Shown: piece after piece, positions 11,601 to 26,600 of the stretch
Numbering within the stretch: the stretch's first letter is position 1
Layout: the number at the start of each line of letters is the position of its first letter
The notes under the pieces: generated by a model
Told to the model about the DNA's origin: nothing
Seen by the model: the letters and a program-made list of their open reading frames with translations, nothing else
Database searches by the model: none
Translations under genes and position numbers: made by a program
NCBI GenBank assembly: GCA_013239625.1
Contig: MU053881.1
Coordinates: forward strand, 14,126,373 to 14,190,372
DNA length: 64,000 nt
DNA from: Lama guanicoe
Lineage: Eukaryota
Direction: 5' to 3'

Positions 11601-14600
11601 AGTGTCATATGAAGCATGACTGTGAAAAGTGCCACTGGCTGGAGTTTACAGACCAACAGACCGCTGCCTCCGTCCACCCTGCGGGTCTTGGCTCTGCAGG
11701 CTCCTCTCCGAAGCGCCCATTTTTGCAGGTGCCCTCCCCGATCTCACTGTCTCGCCCTGTGCTCACAGCAGGCCGTAAACTGTTTGGGCCCATGCAGCTT
11801 GTCATTTCAGGATGGAATGCGTTGGGCTTTCCCCCAGACTCGGTGGGTAGAAGAGTAATAAAACAAGAACTCAGGTGTCCCTGAAGCTCCTCACTCGTGC
11901 CAGTGAGCGTGATTTGTATTTCGGCAGGTGGGGATTTATAGCCTCCGCTTCTCTGTGATGGAGCTCACAATTTCGAAAGCTGAGGCTCCCGTTCTCAACC
12001 CAGCCTCGGTTCTGTCGATGTGTCCAGATTCAGAGTCTTCATCTGCCTTGTAGTTCTCCCTTGAACAGAACCAAGAGACCCCTCTGAGCCATGAAGGTCC
12101 CCCAGCTGTCACACGTCAGCCCTGGTTGACATGCCTGTGTGACCTTACCCAAGTTAGATAACCTTTCCAAACCTAAGTTTCCTCATCTGTGAAACAGAGA
12201 CAATACTAATAACAAAAGTCGTTTCATCGTTAGACAGCTAAATGGTAATGTGGGTTAAATGCTGGGTTTATTATAGGCACTCAATACATGTAGGCTTTAT
12301 AATATTGTATTATATCATATAATATTATATCATATCACAGCTCAAGATGTCTTATATATTATTATATCATTATTGGAAGTCTCCACTGGTGTGTCTGTAA
12401 CAAAAAGAGATAGATCAGATGTCAAAATGACTTAAGGCTGGGAAAAGCTTCTCTTCTACTGCCTCATGTTGAAGACAAATCTACAAGGAATCAGTTACTA
12501 AATATTTACTCAACACTCCCCCATGTGCTAGACATCATAACAGAACCCATGTGGGTGCAGAAATATAAGACCCAGGGTCATCCCAGCTCTCGGCAAGCTT
12601 ACCACACAGTTGAAAATAAAAGATGCATGAAAGAGTTAGGCCTCCGGGTGAGAATGAAGCCACATACATGCCTCAATGATACAACCCCGAGCTGCTGATT
12701 TGGGGCTTCGGGCTTCCCGTCCTCACCCTCAAGGCTCCCCAGATGTTACCCAGGCATCCTCAGGATAGTCAGTATCTTCGGGTCCCCCAATATTTTCATC
12801 CAAGCGAGGGGTCCAAGTCTCCTACCACTCCTGTGGCCTCAGCTGTTTCTTTCTGGAACTTCCCTGAGCCTAAAGCCCTCCTCACTGTGGTGTGTAGCCA
12901 ACAGGCGGGGGCGGAAGCAAGGAATAGCCAGGTGGGGAGACAGTGGCACCCACTGCTGTCTGCCCCAGGCCCCTGCTGCCTTTAGCGTCACTCCTTTCCC
13001 TTCTGTTCCGTTTCCATTTTGCAGGGCCAGGTTGGGGCAGCAGCCACATGACCTTTTCTCCCTTTTCAGTTTCTTCCCTCTCTTGCCAGGCTCCTCCTTG
13101 AGCCAAAAAACTCCACCACGACAGCTCGTGAAAACAGACCACACGCTCCGTCCACAGCAGTGACCCTGTGTTGCTTCAAGCCGATAATAACTGTGATGAT
13201 GGTGGTAGTATCAGCAGCAAATGCCATTTGCTCTAAGGTCCTTGGACACTTTTCAGATATTACTAAACTCTCACTTAAACCTGTACAATAGACTTATGTG
13301 TCCATTAGAGAGACAAATAAACTGAGGGTCAGACAGTTCAGCAGTGGATTCAAGGTCACATTACGTGTGTAAGAGGTAGTTCCTGGTTTTAGCCAGGCTT
13401 ACGTGACTCCAAAGACCGTAACCACCCTGTGATATTGCACACCACTGTCAAAACAAAGACAAGTGGGTGTTACAAGTATTCCTGAGCCAGCCAAGGACCC
13501 TTGACTCTTCCTTGGAGCCATGGAAAGAATAGAGGTTCCAACCCAAATTTTGTGGCTATACACCTTGGCCAGGTCAGTCTCCTCACCTGAAATGGAGATT
13601 TATCAAATTTCCTCCAGCCCTGATTTTTTTTTTAATTAAGACTTTATTTTTTTTTTAGAGCAGTTTCAAGTTTACAGTAAAATTGAGAGGAAGGTACAGA
13701 GACTTCCCATAAACTGGCCCCCACACGTGCATAGTTTCCCCGATTTTCAACCAAAGTGGTCCATTTGTTATACTGATGACCCAACATTGAGGCATTATAG
13801 TTGCCCAGAGTCCATAATTTACGTTACAGCTCACTCTGGGTATTATACGTTCCATGGGTTTGGTCAAATGTATGTGTCCACCATTGTGATATCGTACAGA
13901 AGGGTTTCTTTTCTCTCAAAATCCTCTGTGCGCCACCCCTTCATCCCTACCCACCGCTCAACCCCTGGAAATTACTGATCTTTTTACTATCTCCAGAATT
14001 TTGCCCTTTCCAGAGCATCTGATAGTTGAAATCATACCACATCTGGCCTTTTTAGATTGGTTTCTTTCACTTAACAATGTGCATAGAAGATTCCTCCATG
14101 TCTTTTCATGGCTTTGCTGGCTCACTTCTTTTTAGCTCTCAATAACGTTTCATTGTCTGCAGGCACCACAGTTTATTCATCCACCTATTGAACATCATCT
14201 GTTTGCTTCCAAGTATTGGAAATTATGAATAAAGCAGCCGTGAACCGACATTGTATGGGTTTTTTGTGGACATAAGTTTTTAACTCCTTTGAGTAAACAG
14301 GAGCAGAATCACTAAGTCATATGTGACGAGTATGTTTGGTTTTATAGAAACCACCAAATCGCCTTTCAAAGTGGCCGTGCCATTGTGCATTCCTACCGAC
14401 AGTGTGTGAGAGCTCCTGTTGCTCCACCTCCTCACCAGCAATGGGTGGTGTTAGTGTTCCTGATCTGGAGCGTTCAAATAGGTGTGCAGCAGTATCTCGT
14501 TGTAATTTGTATTCCCTGATGACTTACAACGTAGAGCCCTTTCCATGCTTACTTGACTATCTATGTATCTTCTTCGGTGAGGTGTCTGTTCAGTTCTTTT

Positions 14601-17600
14601 GTCCATTTTTTAATTTCCTTATCTTGAGTTTAAAGTTCTTTGTATATTTTGAATCACAACCCTTTATCAGACGTGTCTTTTGCAAAACACACGTTTTCTC
14701 CCAGACAGTGGCTTGTCTTCTCATTCTCTTAACATTGTCTTTCACAGAACAGAATGTTTTAACTGTAATGAAGTCCAGCTTATCAGTGACTTCTTTCATG
14801 GATAGTACCTTCGGTGTTTTAGCTGAAAAGTCATTGCCATACCCACGGCCATCTAGGTTTCTTGCTATGGTGTCTTCTAGGAGTTTTATAGTCCCACATT
14901 TTACATTTAGGTCTGTGATCCATTTTGAGTTAATTTTTGTGAAAAGTAGAAGGTCTGTGTCTAGATTCATTTTTCTCTTGCATGTGGATGTGCAGTTTTT
15001 CCAGCACCGTTTGTTGAAAAGACCATCTTTGTTCAGTTGTGCTACTTTTGCTCCTTTGTCAAAGGTCAGTTGACTATAATTATGTGAATTTATTTTTGAG
15101 CATTTCATTCTGTTCCATTGATCTATTCGTCCATTCTTTGGCCGATACCACACTGTCTTGATTACTGTAGCCTTACAGTAAGTCTTAAAGTTGGATAGTG
15201 TCAGTCCTCCACCTTTGTTCTCTTTCCATATTAAGTTGGCCAGTGTGGGTCTTTGGCCTCTCCCTATAAACTTTAGAATCACTTTCTCAACACTCACAAC
15301 AGACCCTGCTGGGCAGTCCTGATTTTCAGGATACATTTTTCTGGCAGTTTGCCCAGCAGCCAGCACCCAGAACCCTTAGTCTTTAATAGGCTGAATTTGG
15401 GTCCCACTTTCCTGGGCTTGGGGAAAATGTTTGGATTTTCAGAGTTTCGTGTGTCTGCACTTTGTGTGTCTGAGCTCAGTTCACAAAATGTAATCACAGA
15501 CATGAAGTGGGTATCCCAGCAGCATGAAGAAGAAAACGCTGGGGCTGGCAGTGGTGGTTAGCCCTCACCGTAACTTTAACAATCCTTGTCACCATCATCA
15601 TCAAAGATGCTTGTATTCACTGAGTACTTACCAAGTGCCAAGCCAAGAGCTCGGTCCCTTGCATGGGTTGTGTCACTGCTCCCTTCAGTAACCCTCTAAG
15701 GCAAATAGTCATATTGCCTTCAGCTGAAGAGGTTACTCCCCAAGAGGTTAAGTAACTTGGTCACACAGGTAGTAAGCAGTGAAGCTGAGATTCAACCCGC
15801 TCTTATCTGCTGCACTGCCTGCATTCTCCCTGGCATTCGCCCTTCACCCTGGGGTAGCAGCACGGACCAGTCTGGGCCGGACATTGGAGCTTCCTGAAGG
15901 CCAGTTCCTCTCATCACCCTACACTGAACAAGAATTCCCACAAACAATTAATCCTCCTGACAGATCCCCTCGATTCCTGCTCCTTGAAAGCATTTTTATG
16001 AAACCCACATAGTACTTGAGAAACGGAACCTTAAGCACCCTCTCCTCCTCTGTTTCCCCCCTTTCACCTGCTTCCCCTTGGGATCCAGTTGGTTATAAAC
16101 CTCTCTTGCTGTTTATTTACCTCTTAATCAGCCCTGTCTCCTCTCGGAATGCTGGTTAGCACCGCACCGCTTAATTTCTCCCCGAGGCAGAATCTGCCAG
16201 ATGGAGTCTTTGTCCCAAGCCACGCTGATTTGCCTTGTTTTTAAATAGCAGTGAACATGCCATGAAACTAAAATAGCAATCAGTTCCCAGGTGTGGACTT
16301 CACTGAGCAGGGAAACAATCAAGTGTGTGTGGACGTGTCCACCGGGGCAGCTGTTCCAAACGGGCTGGATTCACAAGGGAACAACTCCCACAGGTGGCTC
16401 CCCGCCAGCTGCTGGCCACATCTGGGCGTCACTCAGCGCAGCAGCTCGCCTGCTTTTCCGCGTCAGCTGGGTTCAGCCACTCATCACCTCCTGGGGCTGG
16501 ACGCCCCCCAGCTCCCGGGCTCCACACCTCTGCCTTTTCCATGGCCATGTTCCTGACGGTTGAGGAGACAAAGCAGGCCCCAGAGGATCAGGAAACCAGC
16601 ACAGAGCAACCAGGGCAAGGAGGAAATGTCCCTATGGCTTTTTTTTTTTTTGATCCCTAAAATTCCTACAAAACCTGACTCTGATTCTATACCATGACTA
16701 TGTTTGGGTTAATATAAATATAATTTTTCAAATTTTGTACCAGCTAAATTATTAAACTATGTCCCCCCCCAAAAAAATGTTTTTGAACGTCCCCAAATCA
16801 TGTTTCTGCAGCTTTCAGAGTCCTAGACACACATGGCAGGACATGGGTCTGGAGAAAGGTGTGCCTCTGAGACACGCAACCCGGACATGGGCAACCTCTC
16901 TTTTGGGGAGGATGAGCCTCCAGCAGGGACGGAGTGTTTCTTCACCACCACATCATCCTGATAAAGAGAAGACTGCATCTTAAGGAAAGACAGAGGTGGT
17001 TATTAGTAGCACAGCAGTGACCTCCCTGGGATCCAAGGATTAACAGAAAGAAGACAGAGACTGGTCGGACTTGCAGCTTCTCGTGTGGTCCCTTCGATCT
17101 TGGGTTACCTCCTATCATGGTGGAAGAGCGATCTTGTCATGCACAAGGCAGCCCAGATTCCAGCACAAGCAGACGCAGTAACATGCTCAGATGGGGCTCA
17201 GCATCGTGGAGAAAAACAGTAAAGGAGAGCCCACATCTCCAAACCTGGCTGGAATCAGAGACACCCAGCTGCGAGCCAGTGGTGCTTAGTTAAAACGACC
17301 ACCTGTGGAATATTGGTTTGGTCCCAAATCCCACATTTAAAGAGGAAAGTTTTCAAACACTGCCTTAGGCAGAAGAACCCTCAGCTCTAGGACAGATCCT
17401 GAAACTGTGTCACATGCAATAATTGAGGGCACTTGGAAAGTTAAATTTGACTTGGCAAGTCCAAAAAGGATTTGGAGGATACCTGATGAATACTTTAAAA
17501 TATTTTTTTAAGTGGTAGAAGATGGAATAAATCAGGTTGCCTAGGGAGGGAGAATTAGTTCAAAATTTGGCTAATCAGAAGGAAGACTGTATGTTAAAAA

Positions 17601-20600
17601 AAAAAAACAGACTGTAAAAATGGGAGCTCTTGGAAATGGACAACGATGCCCTGGGTTGTAGCAAGTCGTTTTGCTGGAGGTGTAACATCTGACTCTGCTG
17701 TACCACCCGGGGGGAGAGAGCAGAATGGTTTTGAGGAGGTGGGATATCCAAGTAGTGAAAACTGGGGTTTGGGGTCCAGTTGGACCCAGACTCAGATTCC
17801 AGCTTTGTGTTTGTAAGACCTGAGGAAATTTTTCCTGAACCCTCCGTTTCCTCATTGTGAAATGGGGATGGCATCTTCTCTAGTGGGTCATCACACAAGT
17901 AAAGGAAGTACAAATTAACACTAGTGCTCGGCACGGAAGCAACGCTAAGTTCACAATAGTTGCTGCTCCTCTTACTCCCTGGGCTTGATAAATTGGAAAG
18001 AGAAAGTGCGTCCTTCCCTCAGATTTCTTTAGCCCTCCGACTCTGATCACTGTGGGGCCCATCCTTTCAAAGTTCCTGGCACCTTCTTGCTGATTTCCTG
18101 TTGGCTGTTCTAGCACCGCTCCAGACCTTCCGTGATTCCCTGACGGCGGTCTGTATCCTCACCTCTCCTACTCGTAACAAGAAGCGATCTTTCCTATACT
18201 CCAGTTCTTTATGACCCTGCTTTCCACGGCGATAGCTGGGTATTCTGAGAAGTGATGTATATTAAGAATATGATGCTAATGTGACAATTTAGTCACCTTC
18301 TCCTTTTAATTTTTTTCTCCTGCTAGAGAGTAAGGGTTGAGCACAGCACCCAGTCAACAGCCAGCAGCCAGAAGTCTATGTGGTCAGACGAGGGAGCTTT
18401 TACTAGCGGGATTCTCTAGACAGACCATGCTTAGCTTTTCTAGAGATGATGACAGTGGTTGTTTGGCACAAGAAGGAAGAAAAGTCTGTGACAGGCTGAC
18501 TGGGGGATATTTAAGTATAGCTGGGACCTGTTTCCATCCACTCATTAATGTTCTGTAGACCCTTAAGATTCACTCCTGTCTTTCTCTCTCCCAAGAAAAG
18601 AGCAGGGCTACGTGCAGAGGCGCTGGAAGGATGTGCGTGTGGGAGACTTCATCCAAATGCAGTGCAACGAGATCATCCCCGCGGACATACTGCTCCTCTT
18701 TTCCTCGGACCCCAGTGGGATCTGCCATCTGGAAACTGCCAACTTAGATGGAGAGACGAACCTCAAACAGAGGCGTGTGGTGAAGGGCTTCTCACAGCAG
18801 GTAGGGCTCTTTCTAAGATCTTCAATCGGAAGGGCAAAGGGATGAAGCCAGCCAGTTCTCCTGGAAAAATAGATCTAATTTGGGGGGCAGAGGAGAAAGT
18901 AAGCAGACACCTCCTTTTCCCAGGCATTCGCGTGCGCTTCATCTTCCCAGCAACAAGCGGAGAGGGATGTGATCCCCTCGGCACAGACGGGGAATCTGAG
19001 ACTTAGGAAAGGTAACTTGCTGAAGGCTTCAGAGCCATAAATGGAGACCCCCACCCCACGCCACCCGTTCAGCTGAAGAAACCATGCTCTCTGCTCTAAA
19101 CCAAGGAGTCAAGTATCTGTTCAGTTACTCTTGGGACCAACCCACGTTTCTGTGCTTGTCCAGTCCCCGCTCATCCTGCCCAGGTCAGCTCCAGCAACTT
19201 CTCCCTCCACAAATTTTCTCTAGGACTCCTCTGACCTCAGCGTAAATGGCAGCAAGGTGTCATCAACTGGTTTTCCATTTGTGTGTATCTTACCTTGTCA
19301 ACAGCACTGAAACCTCTTTGGGGACAGGGAGCCATCAACATTTTTATTTAACCCCCACGCTTAGGTGTATGAGACCTTGGACATTGCAGAGAAGTCATTA
19401 TTGTTGGGTGGTTAAGAGCCCAGCCTCTCGAGTCTGACAGAACTGAACTCAAAGCCAACCCCACCATCTACTCTCTGCCTCACCTTAGGCGAGTCACTCA
19501 CACCTTCATTCTCTCATCTGGAAAATGGGAACAGAAAGTACCCTCTCCAGACGGTGTTTCTGAAGACCAGGTGATGCATACGTGAATTACTTAGCATGAA
19601 GCCAGGCACGTGGTGAGAGACCAGTAAATAAATAGTTGGCAGTAAATTCAGTGGTGTTCATAGGCAGCCTGTGTTGACTGGTTAAAACTGGGTGTGATGC
19701 TCCAATTTTCTCTTCTTTTCTCTGTAACATTTTTTATTGAGTTATAGTCATTTTACAGTGTTGTGTCAATTTCCAGTGTAAAGTGCAATTTTTCAGTTAT
19801 CCATGAATATACATATATTCATTGTCACATTTTTTTTTGCTGTGAGCTACCACAAGATCTTGTATTTATTTCCCTGGGCTATGCAGTATAATTTTGTTTA
19901 TCTATTCTGCATATGCCTGTCAGTATCTACAAATTTTGAAATCCCAGTCTGTCCCTTCCAATCCCCCGCCCCCTTGGCAAACACAAGTTTGTATTCTATG
20001 TCTATGAGTCTGTTTCTGTTTTCTGTTTATGTTTTTGTTTTTTAGATTCCACATATGAGCGATCTCATGTGGTATTTTTCTTTCTCTTTCTGGCTTACAT
20101 GACTGGTTAAAACTGGGTGTGATGCTCCAATTTTCTCTTCTTTTCTCTGTAACATTTTTTATTGAGTTATAGTCATTTTACAGTGTTGTGTCAATTTCCA
20201 GTGTAAAGTGCAATTTTTCAGTTATCCATGAATATACATATATTCATTGTCACATTTTTTTTTGCTGTGAGCTACCACAAGATCTTGTATGTATTTCCCT
20301 GGGCTATGCAGTATAATTTTGTTTATCTATTCTGCATATGCCTGTCAGTATCTACAAATTTTGAAATCCCAGTCTGTCCCTTCCAATCCCCCACCCCCTT
20401 GGCAAACACAAGTTTGTATTCTATGTCTATGAGTCTGTTTCTGTTTTCTGTTTATGTTTTTGTTTTTTAGATTCCACATATGAGCGATCTCATGTGGTAT
20501 TTTTCTTTCTCTTTCTGGCTTACTTCAGTTAGAATGACATTCTCTAGGGACATCCATGTTGCTGCAAATGGCATTATGTTGTCGTTTATATTGGCTGAAT

Positions 20601-23600
20601 AGTATTCCATTGTATAAATACACCACAGCTTCTTTATCCAGTCCTCTGTTGATGGACATTTAGGCTGTTTCCACGTCTTGGCTATTGTAAATAGTGCTGC
20701 TATGAATGTTGTGGTGCAGGTGTCTTTTTGAAGTAGGGTTCCTTCTAAAAATATGCCCAGGAGTGGGACTCCTGGGTCATATGGTAAGTCTATTCCTAGT
20801 CTTTTGAGGAATCTCCATACTGTTTTCCACAGTGGCTGCACCAAACTGCATTCCCACCAGCAGCGTAGGAGGGTTCCCCTTTCTCCACAGCCTCTCCAGC
20901 ATTTGTCATTTGTGGACTTTTGAATGACAGCCTTTCTGACTGGTGAGAGGTGATACCTCATTGTAGTTTTGGTTTGCATTTCTCAGATAATTAGTGATAC
21001 TGAGCATTTTTTCATGTGCCTATTGATAATCAAATCTGTATGTTGGAGAATTGCTTGTTTAGGTCTTCTGCCCATTTTTGGATTGAGTTGTTTGGTTTTT
21101 TCATATTAAAGTTCCTCTTGAAAGGGTTGATTTCCCATCTGGTACTTTCTCTACTCATGGAAAAGAATAAAACTCTATCCCTTTTATTCACTCTGCCAGC
21201 CTGTGGCTGAGGAGAAATTGGTTGAATTAGGGGATTGAGAGGAAAGAAGGCAAACACTTCATTCCTCAGTCTCATGAAATCACGGTTAATATCTAGACAG
21301 AAACGTCTCAAGAGAAGGCAACCTGTCACACCTCCCTTTGCCCCTCTCAAAGCTCTGGAGGGACAGTGCTCACGAAATTGCTTTTGTGCGATAGATTCAG
21401 TCCTCGGAAGTCTGTTCTGTCATCCTTACAATGGGAGTAATAAAAATAGCTCTCCCAAAGTGTTGCTGTGAGATTCAGATGAGGTAAAGGAGCGCAGGGA
21501 ACATGATGAAGGGTGTGCTGCTTCATTAGATCCATAGTCAGTGGTCTACAGCTGCCTCCTTGGCTGCAGCCTCTAGACTGGGAATGGAAACTGCTATGAC
21601 CACCTTGCAATCATCTTGTTTATTGTTGTGACAGTAGCTCAGCGCTCCCAGTGGTGTCCAGGCTCTGCTTGAGTCGATCACGGCCCCAGGGCTTGGTGTC
21701 TGAGTTTTCTCTCCTTTGCTTGTCCTTGTCACACTCACCCTATCACCTCAAAGTGGCAGGGCAGAAGCTAAGTTCACAAAGCCATTCTACACACAACAGC
21801 AACCTACTTCATGGCTCAGGGCCTTGTGAGCAAAGGTTTTCAAACCTTCTTAACCGTAACTCACAGTGAGAAATACGTGTTGCGCATGCCCACATCCTCG
21901 TGGATATGTGTGTGAGTGTAAAATTGCCACCTCAATCCCATTGCATGCAAAGCACTCTGAAACTTCCTCTTCTATTCTTTTTCTGTAAAAATTTTTTGAT
22001 TGGATTTTTAAATTTTTTATTTATTTTATTTTATTTATTTTTTAAATGGAGGTACTGGGGATTGAACCCAGGTCCTCAAATATGCTAAGCATACAATCTA
22101 CCACTGAGCTACACCCTCCCCACCCCCAGTCTATTCTATTGAGTTTTTTTTAAAAAACATTCTGGAAGCAGTGAAACTTGTCTGTGCTTACAAATCTCTC
22201 CTTCAGCCTCCCTACTCCAACATCCCCACCACAATTTTGAGTCTTTTGAGCCTCTTGGCCACGTTATTTTGGTGGTGTTGAGTTTCACCCAGTGGCAGCA
22301 CTCCCAAGGTGTTGCTTGTATGTTAATTAGTCAGATAGTTTGGGATTTGACTTGAATGAAGAGCCAGATGAAAGAGTCATTCACATGCCACTGCTACAAA
22401 CCAGCCAATTCAATTTAATCACATCTCTCAAGCTTGGACCCAAATTCTCCTAGGATACTTGGTGTATTGATTTACCAAAAAAAAAAAAGAAAGATAAATT
22501 CATGTGTGAAGAGAATAAGATTTATTTGAGTTTGGAGGTTTCCAGAATTTTCCAGTCTATTTAAATTCTTGATTCCCCCCTCACTTTGCTTAAGTGTGCT
22601 TTTCCATTTCTGTAAGAATGATGATGATACTATAATGATAATGCACTTACACTTTCTTAAAGCCCTTATACACATAAGGTAAGCGAGGCACCGAGAAGTG
22701 AAGTAACTTGTCTAAGGTCACTGAGTTGGGAAGTGTTGGAAGCGGATTCAAAGCCAAGTTTGCCCAGAGTCCATGCTCTTAAGGTTTTTGAAGTAGGTCA
22801 TCCCCCTGGTCCATTGACTATCACCCAGAGTCTACCCAGGGGTACTTACTTGAAAGCACACATTTAACATTTTCAATACTTTTTTCCACACATATGTAGC
22901 AAGTAGCAGGAGGAATAAAGGCAGGCTTAGCCAGCTCCCTGGGGAGGAGGAATTTCAGCTGCTCTTTGCTGCCTTGCTTCTCCTTTACGTCTTCAGTGCA
23001 AAAAAGATTTCTGAATATGGGTAGAAGTGTCTTCTGACTCTATACTATAGTATTTCTCAAATGTATTGGACAAAGATGTTGAGGAGAGTGGTAAGAAAAA
23101 AATCTGTGTTGCAATATCAGATAAGATCAGAAGACAACAGGTTACCAGTTTTCAAATAGAGTGTCCTGCACAATTTCTCTGGTACTTTAATAAGCCCCAA
23201 GGAGGAAAGGGGGCAGGTACTAGGACGTAGGACTTCTAAATATTTAACCACAGAAAACGTTTGATTCCGAGGAACGTATCCCAGGAATTCTGCAAGAGAG
23301 GTGGGATCACAACTTAGAAATTTGTCTGAAATGCCTTGCAGGTGTTTAGGATGAATCATACTCATCACAGGGAGAAACTCTTTCAAATATACATGCAGCC
23401 TTCCCCTTATCACCAAATTGTAATTCGCCGGGACTAAGGGAGGGGTCTGAGGCATGCATTTTTTTTTAATTTATTTTTTTTAATGGAAGTATAGTCAGTT
23501 ACAATGTGTCGATTTCTGGCGTACAGCATAATGTTTCAGTCATGCATATGCATACATGTATCTGTTTTCATATTCTTTGGGCATGCATATTTTTAAAATA

Positions 23601-26600
23601 TTCTCCCAGGTGATCTTAATATGAACCTACCATCATGTCCTTGAAAATCTATACAAGGGAGGGAAGGTGCTACTTCCAAAAAAGCACTCATCGCAATCAT
23701 GAGAACAAAACCGCCACCTCTGAGCGTCTTACGTGTGCTCGTGCCTTGCTGGCATTGTCATTTGTCCTCATGACCATCCTGTGAGGTGGGTGTTACTACT
23801 GCATCTGATGGATGAAATGCCTGAGGATTTTTAAACACCTGCAAATATGGTTTGTTTGGAAATTTATTACCTTCAATGATAGATATTCATGGCTTTCATT
23901 AGCTTGTTACTCTTGTTGGCTGTGAGACTTTCACCTTTCCAGAAGGGTTTTTTTGTGGGTTTTTTTTTTTTTTTTGCTAATCACAGAGATTTCTAGAAAC
24001 TCCCAACCCTACACCATTTGCCACACCCATGTTCACCAGGATGTTCCGTTAATTCACAGTCAATAAGACCAGCATTTCTCAAGCCGGAGTCCGCCAAACC
24101 CTTATCTCAAGAGACAGTTCTTGAAAAACAAGGTCCATGGTCAAGTCTGATAGGGAGGCCAGTGTCCTGTGGACCCGTCCTCGGGGAGGTTCCAGTGTAC
24201 CGTCAACACGATAAGGTCTCAGAGAAGATCTGGAGGGAAGAGGCCAATTAAACTTTCTTTAACCTTGAGCTTCCCAAACTTACTTAACCTTGGGACCATT
24301 TGTGGCACAATAGTTGTCAGCCTTCCTATGGAAATTTGAGGAACATGTTAGTCTGCATGGTACGGAACGCACACGATCACGGCAGGTGAGGAGTGACGAG
24401 GAGGCCGACCGTCCTCATGGCGTAGACAGCTCATTCTTCCCTTCCCGTCCAGGGTCAGACGACATGACACACCTGAAAGAGCTTCTCCAAAGGCTCTTCC
24501 TCCTGCGACACCACATGTCATTCTCAAGGCTGCCGAGGAGTTAGCTTCAAAATCCTCTCCTCAGACTGCAACATGGACCACATCAGGTTTTTTGGTTTGG
24601 TTTTTCAACTGGAACTTTGATTGTGATAGGCTCTCTTTGAATTCACAAAATTATTGACCTATTCTTGATATTTATTCGCACCTCCCGTTGCTGGGCAAAA
24701 GGCAGAAAGAGAAGGAATGCAAAATGAGGACTATGGTAAGGTCTGCCAAGCAGACAAGAGGACTTCACCAGAGAATTAAATGGCACAGTTTTCTCTTTGG
24801 GGATATTGTGAAACCTGAAATCTCTTCTTTAAAGGGATTTCCAAGATGGGCATTTGGAATTTAACACCTGAAAAGTATGTGCCACTTATTTTGGTAGATG
24901 GAACAGTTACCAAAGCCCAAGAATCAGAAATGAATTCTTGTAGTTAGTTTTTCAGAGCAATCATCCTTATTACCTTTTATCAAAACCATTGAAGCCCAAC
25001 TGTTCCCGAAGGCTGTCAGATCATTTCCCAGTGATGACAAGGAACTTGCTCCACCAACGAGACACGAACTAGAATCTTCAGCATCACCTGGGAGCTTGTC
25101 AGAAATGCAAGCTTTCAGTTCAGTGGGAAATGTAGTTTCCTGGTGGATTTTATCACGAGACCTACCCTTCACGGGCTGTTCGGGATTTCCTTTAAGAATG
25201 ATACTTAGTCCTTCTTCCAGTTTGTGTTTCCCTCTGTGTTTGGCTTTGATCTCTCAAACCCATTTCTTTCATGTGGAAGGAAAAGGTGTCACCAGGAAAC
25301 CTATGTTTATACCCCAACCCCCTAGAAAGTGACTGGGAAACTTCCCTGTTGTCTGGCTTAAAACGTCCCAGGCAGAGGGGCTGATCAGCCTGGTTGGTTT
25401 CGTGTGCCCCCCACTCGCACCCCAGCCCAGTTAACTCTGGCCAGGGGGAAGGATTCTGTCCCTGGCATCCTCTGGTTAATGGCTGATACTGGCCTATGAG
25501 GCAGAAGAGCCCCAAACAGCACAGCAGTAAATACCCATTACGTCTGTTCTGCATCGGGGCTACGTAAGCCTAACTGAGCGCAACCACGGTCATCTGTGCT
25601 TAAGGAAAGGGGCCCAATGTCCTCTCTCCTGCAGCCCCCAGTGGCATTCCCTCTCCCTAAAAAGCCCCTTCCTGTCTGCCCTTCCTCTGCCTGGGCGGCA
25701 GTCTCTAGAAGGTGCCTGCAGTGAATCCCTCCTTTGTGCTGCCAGAGACTGTTCTCGCAGCTCTCAACCATGGTGCCTCCCTCTTTGTAGTTCATTCGGT
25801 AAATTCAGTTACTCGGCCAATGCCTGGTGAGGTCCTTCTGTTGCCAGACACTGCGTTAGGATTTGTCACTGTTGTTGCTATTATGGGGATGACACATTAT
25901 GATCCTATCTTCATAAGTAACTTTGTATAGAGTTCCTCAAACTGGAATTCATACTCTCTTCTTTGTGACCTCTTTTGCCCAAAATGTGAGGAATGAAACG
26001 TTGGATCTCGTGTCACCGTCTTGCATCTCAGTTATCCACAGCAAGAAAAAAATGTGTACAGAAAAGTGTGTCTGTGCAGTGCTGGCTTCAGGCGCCACTG
26101 CCCACCTGGTGGCGGCCGCCTATATTCGCAGCATCCCGCAATCACAAGTACTGACTGAATGCCTTCTTTGCGCCAGGTGCTGTAGTGTGCCGGGGGGCGG
26201 GGGGGCCAGGTGTGGACAAGAGAGATACAGGCTCCAACAGGGAGTGAAACAGACAGTTCTTAACAAACAATTTCACAATTAATTGATTCCTTTTAGGAAT
26301 GACAGAAGAAATCATTCCTCTTCCTGTATTTGCTTCACACGCAACTTGTGTCTTTGATATTGGAAAATGTCATGGGGCAGATTTCAAAATCAGATTTAGT
26401 GTTAGCTCTCAATAAGAATCAGAGTATTTGTCCTCTTAGAAAAAGGGAACACAGACTGGAAGGAAGCCTGAGGTAGAGTCTTTCTCCCGCAGCCCTCCAG
26501 CCCACCCTGTGCGCTTTTAGGGGAGTCACTGGGCAGGCAGGGAGACCCAGGCTGAGGCATATGCAGACAGTTTCCTCACCTGAACCGGAGGAAAGTACCT

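Noticed and set aside
14402..15366. 223-aa and 258-aa ORFs
   Set aside because: These are an L1 ORF2 remnant and its antisense frame, not host genes
19803..20470. Two almost identical 80-aa hydrophobic ORFs
   Set aside because: They are antisense L1 3'UTR translations repeated by the 425-bp duplication
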